Positions 44,306 to 54,609 of a DNA stretch of 64,000 nucleotides are shown here, piece after piece. A model generated the notes under the pieces. That model was not told the DNA's origin and made no database searches. It saw only the letters and a list, made by a program, of their open reading frames with translations. A program made the translations under genes and the position numbers. Source of the DNA: a virus; IMG/VR virus record IMGVR_UViG_3300005805_009577, positions 117,146 through 181,145 of that record; one strand, 5' to 3'. Each line of letters starts with the position of its first letter. Positions within the stretch are counted from its first letter, which is position 1.

Positions 44306-45226
44306 TTAATTTTTAACTAATTTATTGATCAAAAAAGGCTTGTAGGTTGTTCTATCGAAATTCAAATACTTTCCTAGTTTTTTCTGTCCTTCGCCTTTAT
44401 AACAGCCCATCATCGGCCAAAAAGTCATTTCGCCAGCATAGATACGATCACTCGAACAATATAAATCAACTCTGACACATTTAAAACCTTTGCTTAAATT
44501 TTCAGCAACAGCAATCATTTGATCCCAAACAAGGGGTTTTTTGAAATCTGTACCTAGCTTGAAACTCGGATATAATTCTGTTGCTAAATCATTCCCTTCG
44601 GGATCAATGGTTTGTTCTTTTGTATCAAATCCACGATCATAAATATAGTGAACAAATTTAACAATGCCTTCAACACAGTAAAATTTATAGTCTGGGGGTT
44701 GCTTTGAATTTTGATGATCAATAAATTCCTCAATAAAAACTTTAGGTTGAATGTAACGATAAGCCCATTCGCCATTTTCCCAACCGTATAATCGTTGTAG
44801 TGATGCTTCAATTTTAGCTTCGGCCGCTTGATAGTCAAGTTTTGATTTATCTCTTACTAAAATAACTGTTCCTGAGTCATGGTTAGCTTTGATCACAAAA
44901 GATTGAGGCAAGCTATCAAAATCAATTTCTGAAAAATGATTATGCACTTGATATAGTTTTACTAAATATTCTTCACCAACCCGTTCGCGAACATAATCCC
45001 TAACTAGAATTTTATCGGAACATCTAACAATTTCTGGACTTTGATCAAATAATTTTAACCACTGAATTTTATCGTTAAAATCACGACAGTTAATTAAGTT
45101 AGGAAAATCCCGTAGTCCTTTCCAGCATAGTTTGTGAATAATAGTGTAAAGTTCATAGTGTTCTGAACTCAATGGAAGATTTTGTACGTCACTATTCCAT
45201 TTTTCTTTAATTTTTTCTGATAACAT
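44306..45226 (-). CDS. TupA-like ATP-grasp protein
   Basis: FNDKIQWLKL, DKILVRDYV, FVIKANHDSG, DYKFYC, RVDLY...GEMTFWP. Confidence 0.85.
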   Translation of the reverse strand: MLSEKIKEKWNSDVQNLPLSSEHYELYTIIHKLCWKGLRDFPNLINCRDFNDKIQWLKLFDQSPEIVRCSDKILVRDYVRERVGEEYLVKLYQVHNHFSEIDFDSLPQSFVIKANHDSGTVILVRDKSKLDYQAAEAKIEASLQRLYGWENGEWAYRYIQPKVFIEEFIDHQNSKQPPDYKFYCVEGIVKFVHYIYDRGFDTKEQTIDPEGNDLATELYPSFKLGTDFKKPLVWDQMIAVAENLSKGFKCVRVDLYCSSDRIYAGEMTFWPMMGCYKGEGQKKLGKYLNFDRTTYKPFLINKLVKN

Positions 45227-45928
45227 TTATTTTATTATTAATATTGCATTTTCATCTATAGATATCATATTTTGTGGTTTACTGCCAAAAAAATCATCGA
45301 CAGCTTTTCTGCATCCTTCCCAAAAATTGTAATCATCAATAATTAGAACTCCTCCATCTGATAATCTGGGATAAAGGACTTTTAATTCAACTAAAGTTGA
45401 TTCATAAAAATCTGTATCTAATCTCAAAACTGAAATTTTATCTGGTATCGTATGCTCATTATTGCATAATACTTCTTCTGATTTGCCTTTAAGAAAATAG
45501 ACATTATCTTTTAAAAGATCAAATCGAATAAAATTATTTTTTACTTCATCCAATGTAGCAAAACACCAATCCACATATCCTTCTTTTTTTCTATCAAAAT
45601 AAAATACACTTGCATTTACTTTGTCTGATATTCGGTTGTCAATATCATTGGGTTGTGTCATTCCTAAAAAAGTATCTAACAAAAAAACTTTTCTATTTTT
45701 AGATTCGTCATTTTTATTGAACTGATAAGCAGCCAATAAACTATTGCCACCTCTCCAAACGCCACATTCAAAGAAATCCCCAGGTATATCTAGACTTTTT
45801 ACATATTTACAAGCTTGCATAGTAGTTATTAGATTTTCATAAGAACACATTGATAAATTATTATCAATAATAGTTGATACAAATTTTTTATCATCATCGC
45901 TTATTTTTATACTTTTTACATTATTCAT
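45227..45928 (-). CDS. TylF/MycF-family O-methyltransferase
   Basis: GDFFECGVWRGG, LRLDTDFYEST, IDDY..WEGCRKAVD. Confidence 0.9.
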   Translation of the reverse strand: MNNVKSIKISDDDKKFVSTIIDNNLSMCSYENLITTMQACKYVKSLDIPGDFFECGVWRGGNSLLAAYQFNKNDESKNRKVFLLDTFLGMTQPNDIDNRISDKVNASVFYFDRKKEGYVDWCFATLDEVKNNFIRFDLLKDNVYFLKGKSEEVLCNNEHTIPDKISVLRLDTDFYESTLVELKVLYPRLSDGGVLIIDDYNFWEGCRKAVDDFFGSKPQNMISIDENAILIIK

Positions 45929-46062
45929 ATTATATCCTTTGTAATTAATAGTCTTAATATTGTAGAATTAATTTTTTTATTATATGGGAAATACATTATT
46001 TTCACCTTAGTATTTTTAAAAAATAAATGTTTGTTAAAATATATAGGTTTTACATTCTGCGT

Positions 46063-46245
46063 TCATAATTTTTTATTCTCGGGACTTTTTCCTAAAATTT
46101 TGGCATCTCCTTTGCAATGATCATAATATTCGCCAAGCACGGATGCTGCTTGAGCATGCCCGAAATAAATATCAAAATTTGGCGTCAAATTAATATTTAA
46201 TACATCGTATTCTTTTTCCAGTTCCTTCCTTACGGTGTCCCACAC
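46063..46245 (-). CDS. small hypothetical protein
   Basis: 60 aa; an ATG at 46288 is out of frame by one A in an A8 run. Confidence 0.4.
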   Translation of the reverse strand: MWDTVRKELEKEYDVLNINLTPNFDIYFGHAQAASVLGEYYDHCKGDAKILGKSPENKKL

Positions 46246-46371
46246 TTCACAATCATGATCAATAGATACTTCTTTTTTTTCTTTTCATTTTTATTAGTAG
46301 AGTAAATGTTTACAATATTTATGTTCTACCAATAAAAATTTTATGCTTTTCTAAACTATTATATTTAAGGC

Positions 46372-47100
46372 ATGAATAAAAACTTTATACATCTAATTAT
46401 AAGCAGAGTTGCCGTCAAGTGGAAACAAAATGGTAAATATAAAAATGAAGAAGTGGGTTTAACTTGGTCAGATTGGTCTCGTGACAGCTTAAATCTATAT
46501 GATAATTTTTGTAGAAAATCACTTAAGAATCAATCTCATCAAAACTTTAAATTAATATCTTTAATAGATGTAGACATAGACATTAATCAAGCTGGTAATC
46601 GGCTTGATAACGAAATATATTTATATGTAAATGACTATTCTGATATTATTAATGCTATTAAAAAATACGCGGCTGATTTAAAAAAGCAATATATTTTAAT
46701 TACCAGAATTGACAGAGACGATGTTGTTAAATATGATTTTGTTGAAAATTTACATTCAAACGTAAAATACTATTTATCAGAAGATCAAAAAGAAGCTGAA
46801 AATTTTTACTTTGACATCGAAGGTAATTATATTTATTCAATAGAAAAAAAAGAAACATATAATTTAAATACATACAAAACCGCTACTAGTCATTTTGTTT
46901 CAATTTTAGAAAAAAACGATTGTAACTTTAAGTGTCTTGCATATACCAGACACGATTTAATTAGAAGAAAAATGAAAGGAAAAAAGTATAAAAATTTACA
47001 ATCAATTGTAGTTATACACAATCATAATATTGTAAATCATAATTTTCTTAATATTGTTAATGAAAAAATATCAATAGATCTGTCAGACTATGGAATATAA
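46372..47100 (+). CDS. putative rhamnosyltransferase-like protein
   Basis: SLKNQSHQNF, ITRIDRDD. Confidence 0.55.
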   Translation: MNKNFIHLIISRVAVKWKQNGKYKNEEVGLTWSDWSRDSLNLYDNFCRKSLKNQSHQNFKLISLIDVDIDINQAGNRLDNEIYLYVNDYSDIINAIKKYAADLKKQYILITRIDRDDVVKYDFVENLHSNVKYYLSEDQKEAENFYFDIEGNYIYSIEKKETYNLNTYKTATSHFVSILEKNDCNFKCLAYTRHDLIRRKMKGKKYKNLQSIVVIHNHNIVNHNFLNIVNEKISIDLSDYGI

Positions 47101-47358
47101 ACTTTCTTTTCTGATTTTCTGACATTTGCAATTTATTTGTTAGTTTAATAAATAAATTTATGAAACCTTTAAAAATAGAAGAAGATCTTTATTATGTAGA
47201 GTGGAAATACAAAGACTTTTTAAAAATAGGACATGAGTTTCAAGGCAAGACTATAATAAAACTAGAAAAAAAAGAATACTTATCAAAAGAATGTGTTGCA
47301 GTAACAACCATAAAGCATAATAATCATCTTTAAAAGTATTTACTATAATTAATATAGA

Positions 47359-47432
47359 CTAGGTGTAGTTCAGTCTGGCAGAACGCTTGGTTTGGGACCA
47401 AGAGGTCGAGAGTTCAAATCCCTCCACCTAGA
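47359..47432 (+). tRNA. tRNA-Pro(TGG)
   Basis: CTTGG-TTTGGGA-CCAAG, acceptor CTAGGTG/CACCTAG. Confidence 0.9.
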
Positions 47433-47454
47433 TTCTTAAACAAGAAAAAAATAT

Positions 47455-47856
47455 ATGGAAAAAAAATCTGATTTAGTTGTTTGGGATGAAAAAAGAGGCT
47501 ACTACTCAAAAGAGTTAATGTACGGAAGCAATATCAGTGCACCAGCAATTAAATTGGACGATGTTGATGGTTGGAAAAAAATACAGGCTTCTGTTGCTAA
47601 TAAACAATTTGAATCAAAATATGAAGAACTCAAAGATGAGTTTAAAAAACTTGTAGATGAGGTTAGTTGGAATGAACTTGTATATTCATCAAAATATAAC
47701 TTTTTGCCTATAATGGGTAAAATTTATTATCTATACGACAGAGGAAACAACGAAGTATTTCTTTCATTAATATCTCCTAAAGAATGGAATAAAAAGTTTA
47801 TTGGTGCCACAAAGCTAGATTCTACACAAAAATGGATTAAAGTTGATACTTTATAA
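47455..47856 (+). CDS. DUF2452-like protein
   Basis: YGSNISAPAI, F.PIMGKIYYLY, LSLISPKEW. Confidence 0.6.
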   Translation: MEKKSDLVVWDEKRGYYSKELMYGSNISAPAIKLDDVDGWKKIQASVANKQFESKYEELKDEFKKLVDEVSWNELVYSSKYNFLPIMGKIYYLYDRGNNEVFLSLISPKEWNKKFIGATKLDSTQKWIKVDTL

Positions 47857-47893
47857 ATTTTAAATATAATTGACTTTACGGAGGCTGACGCGT

Positions 47894-47975
47894 GGTGGAT
47901 TTCCCGAGCGGTCAAAGGGGTCAGACTGTAAATCTGATGGCTGTGCCTTCGCAGGTTCGAATCCTGCATCCACCA
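47894..47975 (+). tRNA. tRNA-Tyr(GTA)
   Basis: TCAGA-CTGTAAA-TCTGA, long variable arm, GGTTCGAATCC, acceptor GGTGGAT/ATCCACC. Confidence 0.93.
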
Positions 47976-47978
47976 CTT

Positions 47979-48578
47979 TTAAACAAAGTGTTTAATATTA
48001 TTTGAATTTTTAATAATATTAATAAATATCTTTTTATTTTCAACTATATTATGATTTTTTAATTTTCCAGGCTTATTAGGTAGGTTGTTATAATATTCTT
48101 TTTCATAAAAGTCATAACCATATATATCTATTGTTTTTGGCTCTATTAAAATTAAGTGAATTAAAGCACTAATTCCAGTTAATAGTTTATATTTAAATTT
48201 TTTACTTTGCAAAGAAGCAAAACGTAGATCGGCTATAATTTTATTATTATAATTAGACAACATAAATTCATGAAACTCCTTAAATCTTCTATAGGTCTGT
48301 CTTAAAGCAGGAATAAAAATTATGTATTTTAATTTTTCTGCCAAATCTTCAGCAAATTTGTTTTTTGAATATAGTATGTCATATGGGCTAGCATTATGAT
48401 ACAAAACGTTTAACTTTTGACCTATATCGGTTCTATATATTCTGTTAATACCCACTATAACATCATAGTTTTTAAATTCTATTTTGTAATTATTCAACGA
48501 ATCCCCAGAGCCTAAAAGACAAATTTTTTTATCTCTAATGTAGTCGGTATAGTCTTTTATATTTTCTAAATATTCCAT
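47979..48578 (-). CDS. sialyltransferase-like (GT29/GT42/DUF115-type) protein
   Basis: ICLLGSGDSL, VGINR, TGISA, IYGYDFY. Confidence 0.6.
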   Translation of the reverse strand: MEYLENIKDYTDYIRDKKICLLGSGDSLNNYKIEFKNYDVIVGINRIYRTDIGQKLNVLYHNASPYDILYSKNKFAEDLAEKLKYIIFIPALRQTYRRFKEFHEFMLSNYNNKIIADLRFASLQSKKFKYKLLTGISALIHLILIEPKTIDIYGYDFYEKEYYNNLPNKPGKLKNHNIVENKKIFINIIKNSNNIKHFV

Positions 48579-49189
48579 TTGATTTTCTCTGGGTGCTTAT
48601 TAATTAAATTTTTAAGAAATTTTTTATTATTTTCTATGTTGTGATATTTTTTATGATTTATATGAAAGTCTTTTAAACTTTCTGTATATCCGTGTGTATA
48701 AAAATCAAAACCAAACATATCAATAAAAGAAGCTTCTGAATTTATAATATGACTGACAGCAGTCATCCCGGCCAGAGGCAGTGGTTTTATTTTTACATTT
48801 GAGTGAAAATAATAAAAATTTTTATTATTACAAAAATTTATTTCGTCTAATATTTTTTTGACATCAATTAAACTTTTGGATTTTGAACCTTTGTCGGGGC
48901 TAAATAAGCCCGGGGGTTTTTTACGATGACCAGCAGGACAACCTATAAAAGTATAAAAATTTTTTTGATTTAAAAGAATTTGAAACATATCTTTTATACT
49001 ACTTCTATCTCCTTGCCCAAATGAATAATATAGTATATTTATTTTATTCAATAAAGAAGTTTTATAAATTCTATTAATTCCTACAACAATATCATAATTA
49101 TTAAAATCAATATTATATTTTTCTAAAGACTTCCCGCAACCCAATAAACAAACTTTTTTATCTTTATAAATGTCTGGCATTTGTAACAT
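48566..49189 (-). CDS. sialyltransferase-like protein, tandem paralog
   Basis: VCLLGCGKSL, VGINR, AGMTA, FGFDFY. Confidence 0.6.
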   Translation of the reverse strand: MLQMPDIYKDKKVCLLGCGKSLEKYNIDFNNYDIVVGINRIYKTSLLNKINILYYSFGQGDRSSIKDMFQILLNQKNFYTFIGCPAGHRKKPPGLFSPDKGSKSKSLIDVKKILDEINFCNNKNFYYFHSNVKIKPLPLAGMTAVSHIINSEASFIDMFGFDFYTHGYTESLKDFHINHKKYHNIENNKKFLKNLINKHPEKIKWNI

Positions 49190-49193
49190 AAAA

Positions 49194-50372
49194 TTATATA
49201 TTAGTTATGCCAATCATATTTTCTAATACTTGTATGCTTGGTAAAGATTTGTCGTCTATAAACAAGTCATAAACTGGCTTATTAAATTTTAGTTCGTGAT
49301 ATAGACACCCCCAAGATTCTAATTGATTTTTTGTTAAATCTTGATAATCAATTCCGCTGCCAGAGCCCCTGGCGGTCCAATATACGATGTGATGACCTCT
49401 ATTATAAAGATTGTTTATTATTTGTATGTTTTTTATAATGGGCTTTGCTTCCTTGTATTCAGTTCCTATTGTTGTTGTTATAGTGTTATCTATATCAACA
49501 TATATTGTTTTTTTTTCAAAACTATTATTTGAAAAAACCTCTTTTTCTTTATCTAATTGTTTGGAGTTGTAAATACTCATATATTCTTCTAAACAAGCAT
49601 CTTTAGAATAAGACGAAGAACTATTTAATACAAAGCTGGTTAAAACTTTATTCGAATTTTCACCAATTTTATTTTCATTTTTATGATTTGAAAATTTTAT
49701 TTGGGGTGTTGAAGGCTTGTGTCTTATTGGTTTTGGAGAATATACTTTGAAGAATTCTTCACATGCTCCTGTGTTGGAGCAAGAATTATTTTCTGAAATT
49801 TGTACAGAAGGAATTGCTCTGTTTATTTTATGGGCATCAATTAAATTTGGCCTGCTGACATAATCTAAAAATTTTGGACATACATTTTTTGAAAATACAT
49901 GTAAGACATCTATAACTGTTTTTCTGTTGTATGGCTTCTCCTTTGTTAGAACATATAATTTATCTTTTATAGAAAATTCAAAATTACTAAGCATTTCAAT
50001 AAGTTTATACTTAATAATTAAGTCAGATCTTATCAATATTATTAAATCGTCTTCTGTCAAACTGGGCATTAAGCTATTCAGAGCATGAACGGTAGTAGTA
50101 AACTGGCTGGAGTTTTTTTCCGGACTGATGAAAATTTTTTCTGGATTTAATTCTCCTTGTATTCTTTGCAATACGTGTATTGGTGTTGTGTCATATGTAG
50201 AAAAATATAAAGAGACATTATGTTTTATTTTTAAATTATTTATTAAATCAATATAGCCTTCCTGGCATTGGAAAAAATCTATAGTGTAATTTCTAATTTT
50301 CTTTTTTCTACAAGATATAGGCGTCCAATTTTTTTTATATAAAAAACCCCTTATTATTAGCTTGACATTCAT
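49194..50372 (-). CDS. unknown domain fused to HAD phosphatase (capsule-biosynthesis type)
   Basis: C-terminal IYVDIDNTI, YWTARG, KP.YDLFIDDK. Confidence 0.75.
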   Translation of the reverse strand: MNVKLIIRGFLYKKNWTPISCRKKKIRNYTIDFFQCQEGYIDLINNLKIKHNVSLYFSTYDTTPIHVLQRIQGELNPEKIFISPEKNSSQFTTTVHALNSLMPSLTEDDLIILIRSDLIIKYKLIEMLSNFEFSIKDKLYVLTKEKPYNRKTVIDVLHVFSKNVCPKFLDYVSRPNLIDAHKINRAIPSVQISENNSCSNTGACEEFFKVYSPKPIRHKPSTPQIKFSNHKNENKIGENSNKVLTSFVLNSSSSYSKDACLEEYMSIYNSKQLDKEKEVFSNNSFEKKTIYVDIDNTITTTIGTEYKEAKPIIKNIQIINNLYNRGHHIVYWTARGSGSGIDYQDLTKNQLESWGCLYHELKFNKPVYDLFIDDKSLPSIQVLENMIGITNI

Positions 50373-50615
50373 ACTTGTATGTATATATCATTTTCTTATT
50401 TTTAAAATAATAACGCCGATAATGTGTGTGCTTTATATTATTTATTGTTCCTCAAAAAATGAATTCATTTTGATTAAATAATCCCCCACACTTTTAATTG
50501 AATGGATTATTGAACTTTCGGATAAAAAATTTATATTGTTGCTCCATATCTTATCTCATTGGACGAGAACCGTTTGACTAACTCCAATACTTTGATTTTA
50601 TTTTCATGATAAAAG

Positions 50616-51212
50616 CTATTCTGCATCCGCAGTCTTCTGATATGTTACAATGTATTTTTTATTTTTAAATCTTTCTTCCAATTTGATAAATCCTGCTTGT
50701 AAAAATTTATTATCCCATTCTGTCGGCTTGCTAGTATGCAGACATTTTAATCCGTATTTAGAGCCTAGGTCTATCTTTTTGGTGTAAGATTTATTCCTTT
50801 CTTCATAAAGATCTATTGATAGCACCAAGTATTTTTTGCAAACTCTTTTAAACTCATTAACTACAAGATCTATGTCTTTTGGAAAAATGTGCTCCAAGGT
50901 ATCAGAAGAAATAATAATGTCAAAAAAATTGTCTTCAAAAGGAATATCTGTGGCGGATCCCAACAAGCAGGTTGTCAAGTTTCTCTCTTTACAATATTTA
51001 ATCGCTGTTTCAGAAACATCTATTCCATACGCTTCATAAGACATTTCAATTAATTTTTTAACAGCCAATCCGTGGGAGCATCCAACATCAAGTATTTTGT
51101 GTCCTTTATATTTGCTTAATATTGGCAAAATTTTCAAAGTGTGACAATGATTCTTATTTCCATGATAACCAACCTTGTATAAATCTTCGTATAATTCAGA
51201 GTATTTTATCAT
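50616..51212 (-). CDS. class I SAM-dependent methyltransferase
   Basis: ILDVGCSHG, GSATDIPF.DN.FD, DTLEHI. Confidence 0.85.
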   Translation of the reverse strand: MIKYSELYEDLYKVGYHGNKNHCHTLKILPILSKYKGHKILDVGCSHGLAVKKLIEMSYEAYGIDVSETAIKYCKERNLTTCLLGSATDIPFEDNFFDIIISSDTLEHIFPKDIDLVVNEFKRVCKKYLVLSIDLYEERNKSYTKKIDLGSKYGLKCLHTSKPTEWDNKFLQAGFIKLEERFKNKKYIVTYQKTADAE

Positions 51213-51411
51213 ATTTGCAATTTCTCATAATAATATTTAAAAGCACATGTTTATCTATCCACAATAGCATCTTTTTTATTTTTATAATAGATTCTTGTAT
51301 TTCATATGTTTTATCGCTAAATCTTTTTGTTAAATTTTCATTTACATATCTTAATGGCACGTAAATATTTAAATCATCGTATATAATATGTTTGTGGTTT
51401 AAATAAGTCAT
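51196..51411 (-). CDS. hypothetical protein
   Basis: 71 aa, coupled to flanking genes. Confidence 0.45.
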   Translation of the reverse strand: MTYLNHKHIIYDDLNIYVPLRYVNENLTKRFSDKTYEIQESIIKIKKMLLWIDKHVLLNIIMRNCKYDKIL

Positions 51412-52235
51412 TATTTTCTTAGACTTTCTCTTTTTGTTTTTTCTCCATCAAACAAAAACCTAGGTCCCATAGGATGCATTAAACTTTTTTCTATATCTCT
51501 GACACCCTTGACTAGCTTAAAAACACCTGCCGGCTCTAAGCTGCTCGTATGATCGCTGCCCCACATTGAGTGATCCAGAGTTATATGTCTCTCTATCCAT
51601 TCTGCACCCAGGACTACCGACATAAAAGTTGTTACTAATCCATATTCGTGACCACTATATCCTATTTCTTTTTTAAAATATTTTTCTTTTAGCCACTTTA
51701 TATAATTTAAATTTAGCTCTTCAACAGGACAAGGATAAGTGCTATTGGTGTGCATTATTATATCCGGATTACAAGAGTTGATACATTTTTCTACTTCTTC
51801 TTCTGTGCTCATGCCAGTAGATATTATTAGTTTTTCGAATTTATTTCTTGCATAACTGCATAAATCTATGTCTGTTATTAGTGCAGATGGAATTTTAGAG
51901 ATATTTGTATATTTGCTCATTATATCTACGCTATCTTTGTCCCAAATACTGGCGAAAAAGTTTATTCCCAATTCATCAGAGTATTTTTTAAGTTGTTTTA
52001 TTTGGTCCTCATTAAACTCTATTCTTTTTTTATAATCAAGATATGTCATTTCTCCCCAAGGAGTCTTCTTCATCTTGCTCTTTTCTTTTTCGGGCACGCA
52101 AATATCCGGATTTCTTTTTTGGATCTTCACAAAGTCACAACCGGCATTTTGTGCTATTGAAATTAATTTTTTACATATATCAATAGATCCATTATGGTTA
52201 ATTCCTATTTCTGCTATTATTTTTGTTTTTTTCAT
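51411..52235 (-). CDS. neuB: N-acetylneuraminate/nonulosonate synthase, no C-terminal SAF domain
   Basis: IIAEIGINHNG, VKIQKR, KIPSA, ISTGM, HTNSTYP, GYSGHE, ERHITLD...GSDH..SLEP. Confidence 0.92.
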   Translation of the reverse strand: MKKTKIIAEIGINHNGSIDICKKLISIAQNAGCDFVKIQKRNPDICVPEKEKSKMKKTPWGEMTYLDYKKRIEFNEDQIKQLKKYSDELGINFFASIWDKDSVDIMSKYTNISKIPSALITDIDLCSYARNKFEKLIISTGMSTEEEVEKCINSCNPDIIMHTNSTYPCPVEELNLNYIKWLKEKYFKKEIGYSGHEYGLVTTFMSVVLGAEWIERHITLDHSMWGSDHTSSLEPAGVFKLVKGVRDIEKSLMHPMGPRFLFDGEKTKRESLRK

Positions 52236-52876
52236 AAAAATTTCTCTATTATTTTTAAATCCTCAATTGTATCTACTTGATAACTTAGGTGTTGAGGCAT
52301 TTCCACTACGCCTAATTTACCCGAGTATCTTATTTTATTTTTTTCTAATAATTTTTTGGTAGTTATATAAAATGCACCGTTCTCAACCCAAACTTCTTCT
52401 TTGTCTTGTCTCATTGGTCTATTTTTTCTATTCCAATCTATTTCTTTTGCCGGCGTGGTTTTTTTCCACCTAGGAATCCAATGTTCAGAATACGCACTGA
52501 AGACGGAATCAAATTTTTTATTTATAATAAGATCAATTCCTAAATTTATATATTTTGCTTGTATTAAGGGAGAAGTTGGCTGAATAAAGACAAGAATATC
52601 AAAATCAATTTTTTTAGAAAAATATAAAAGAGCTAATTCGCTCTTACTTTTGCCGGTTGATATTTTTTTTGGCCTAATCAATACTTTTGCACCAAAAATT
52701 TCACTAACTTTTTTTATCTCTAAGTCATCTGTGCAAACCCATGTTTCGTCTACATCTGAAGCCATAGATTCTTTTATAGCATATGATATTAAAGGCTTAC
52801 CTTTTAACTTTGTAATATTTTTTTTTGGTATTCCTTTGCTACCACCTCTTGCAAGTATTACGCTAACTATTTTCAT
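52232..52876 (-). CDS. neuA: CMP-N-acetylneuraminate synthetase-like cytidylyltransferase
   Basis: ILARGGSKGIPKKN, IQPTSP, RPMRQD, ENGAFY, QVDT.EDL. Confidence 0.92.
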   Translation of the reverse strand: MKIVSVILARGGSKGIPKKNITKLKGKPLISYAIKESMASDVDETWVCTDDLEIKKVSEIFGAKVLIRPKKISTGKSKSELALLYFSKKIDFDILVFIQPTSPLIQAKYINLGIDLIINKKFDSVFSAYSEHWIPRWKKTTPAKEIDWNRKNRPMRQDKEEVWVENGAFYITTKKLLEKNKIRYSGKLGVVEMPQHLSYQVDTIEDLKIIEKFL

Positions 52877-52900
52877 AAATGTATTTATCCAAATTCTTGC

Positions 52901-53569
52901 TTATTTTTTCATCTCTCCTCCGCCAACTACTTCATAAAATGATTTGCATAAATATGTGTTTAGGCAATCTTGGCAATTTTCTTCAAGTAAAAAATTAGCT
53001 TTTATTTTTTTGTGAATAAAATGTGCATCTTTCACTCTTCCTGTTAACTTTAAAAAGTAGTCTAAAATATGCTGTGCTTTTGAACCATAAAATATATGTA
53101 AAACATCTATTACTTTTTGAGGATTTCTTTCTTTTTTTAATATGTACAATAGGTCTTGATTAAATTCATGGTCTAAAATCAAATCTGCAAGTTTTTGTTT
53201 TATTACTAAGTCTGGCCTAATAAGCAAAATTAAATCATTTTCATTAAATTTTATTTCTTTGAATATTTTTATGACAGTTGTAAACTGGTGAGAGTTTTTT
53301 TCTTCAGATAATATAAATTCTTCTACTTGTATTTTTTGTCTTATTTCTTCTAAAATATTAATGGGAGTAGTGTCATAGGTGGTTATATAAGTTTTTATAT
53401 CATATTTTTCTTCTAATATTTTTATTAAATTTTTGTAGCCTTCTATGTGTTCTATTAAATTTATATTATATGTTCTTTTTTTCAATCTATATCGTCTGGC
53501 GGACAGGGGTCTCCAATTTTCTTTATAAATATATCCTCTTAAAATTATATTTAACTTTTTTTTATCCAT
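52901..53569 (-). CDS. hypothetical protein, paralog of the N-terminal domain of 49194..50372
   Basis: Shared RG..YK.NW.P, TYDTTP, EKNS.QFTT, VIDVLH.F blocks. Confidence 0.65.
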   Translation of the reverse strand: MDKKKLNIILRGYIYKENWRPLSARRYRLKKRTYNINLIEHIEGYKNLIKILEEKYDIKTYITTYDTTPINILEEIRQKIQVEEFILSEEKNSHQFTTVIKIFKEIKFNENDLILLIRPDLVIKQKLADLILDHEFNQDLLYILKKERNPQKVIDVLHIFYGSKAQHILDYFLKLTGRVKDAHFIHKKIKANFLLEENCQDCLNTYLCKSFYEVVGGGEMKK

Positions 53570-54122
53570 AAAAACTCATTTCTGTTTTATTTAAAAAATT
53601 TTTAATGTGCATAAATTTTAAATCTATAAAGTTTGGAAGACATTTTTTCGCTAATCTTAAAACATTATCATTATCTTCAAATATTGTAATCTCGAAATCC
53701 TTGTTTTCTTTAATTTTATTTAAAATAAATTTTATCTTCTCTTCGGCCAAGGAATTTTTTAAACCAACGAACTTTACTTTTGATGTATCTATTTTATTTT
53801 TACTTAATAACAAAAAAACTTTTTCTTCTACACATTGTGGGCGAGCAGATAATATAGTTATTTCCTTATTTAATAAATTATACAGCTTAAAATACTCAAA
53901 GACAGGCCAAATAATTTTTGTTTTTTCGAGATTTATATCACTAAATTCTATAAAACTTTCCTCGTTTATTTCTTCATCGTCGCATATTCCATTTTTTTGA
54001 ATAAAATAAGGATGCACTGATATGTATTTTTTTCCATTATGTTCTAAATTTCCTCTTGGCGACCACACCCATATATTCTCTATGGTTTTTGCTAAGGTAA
54101 AATCAAAATCAAATATTATCAT
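53562..54122 (-). CDS. HAD-superfamily protein
   Basis: IFDFDFTL, ILSARP, IFED. Confidence 0.65.
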   Translation of the reverse strand: MIIFDFDFTLAKTIENIWVWSPRGNLEHNGKKYISVHPYFIQKNGICDDEEINEESFIEFSDINLEKTKIIWPVFEYFKLYNLLNKEITILSARPQCVEEKVFLLLSKNKIDTSKVKFVGLKNSLAEEKIKFILNKIKENKDFEITIFEDNDNVLRLAKKCLPNFIDLKFMHIKNFLNKTEMSFYG

Positions 54123-54540
54123 TTTTTTGTAAAATTCTTCTCTTTATTTCAGAAGAACTAATGCCTTTTGTGTAAGGTATATATATTAAAACTATATTGT
54201 TTTGTTCTAGCCACTCTTGTGTAAAATTCATTTGCTCATAATAATTTTTATGTGCCCAATCATCTCCTACTGCTATTATTTGTGGGTTTACTGAAAGTAT
54301 TGTCGGCTTGCTATCTTTACCAAAGACATTTGGTACTACTTCATCGACATAAGGACAAGATAATAAAGATTGCCTCCTTTCTTCATAGTTCATAATAGGA
54401 CAAGATTTATATTGGGTAACAAATTCATCAGAATTTAAAGCAATAACTACCTTATCTGCTATCAATTTGCATTGTTTTAAAAAATTTACATGACCAAAAT
54501 GAAATAAATCAAATGTGCCGCCTGTATACAGAATTTTCAT
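54109..54540 (-). CDS. TagD-like cytidylyltransferase
   Basis: YTGGTFDLFHFGH, LNSDEF, VGDDW, YTKGISSS. Confidence 0.9.
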   Translation of the reverse strand: MKILYTGGTFDLFHFGHVNFLKQCKLIADKVVIALNSDEFVTQYKSCPIMNYEERRQSLLSCPYVDEVVPNVFGKDSKPTILSVNPQIIAVGDDWAHKNYYEQMNFTQEWLEQNNIVLIYIPYTKGISSSEIKRRILQKNDNI

Positions 54541-54609
54541 AAATTTAACCTTTTTTAATTATTAGTTATTATAGAAAATTATTTTTTGTTTTTATATATA
54601 ATAGTATAA

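Noticed and set aside
46245-46288. Programmed frameshift at an A8 run
   Set aside because: A single extra A in a homopolymer is more simply a sequencing error or mutation; no stimulatory structure seen.
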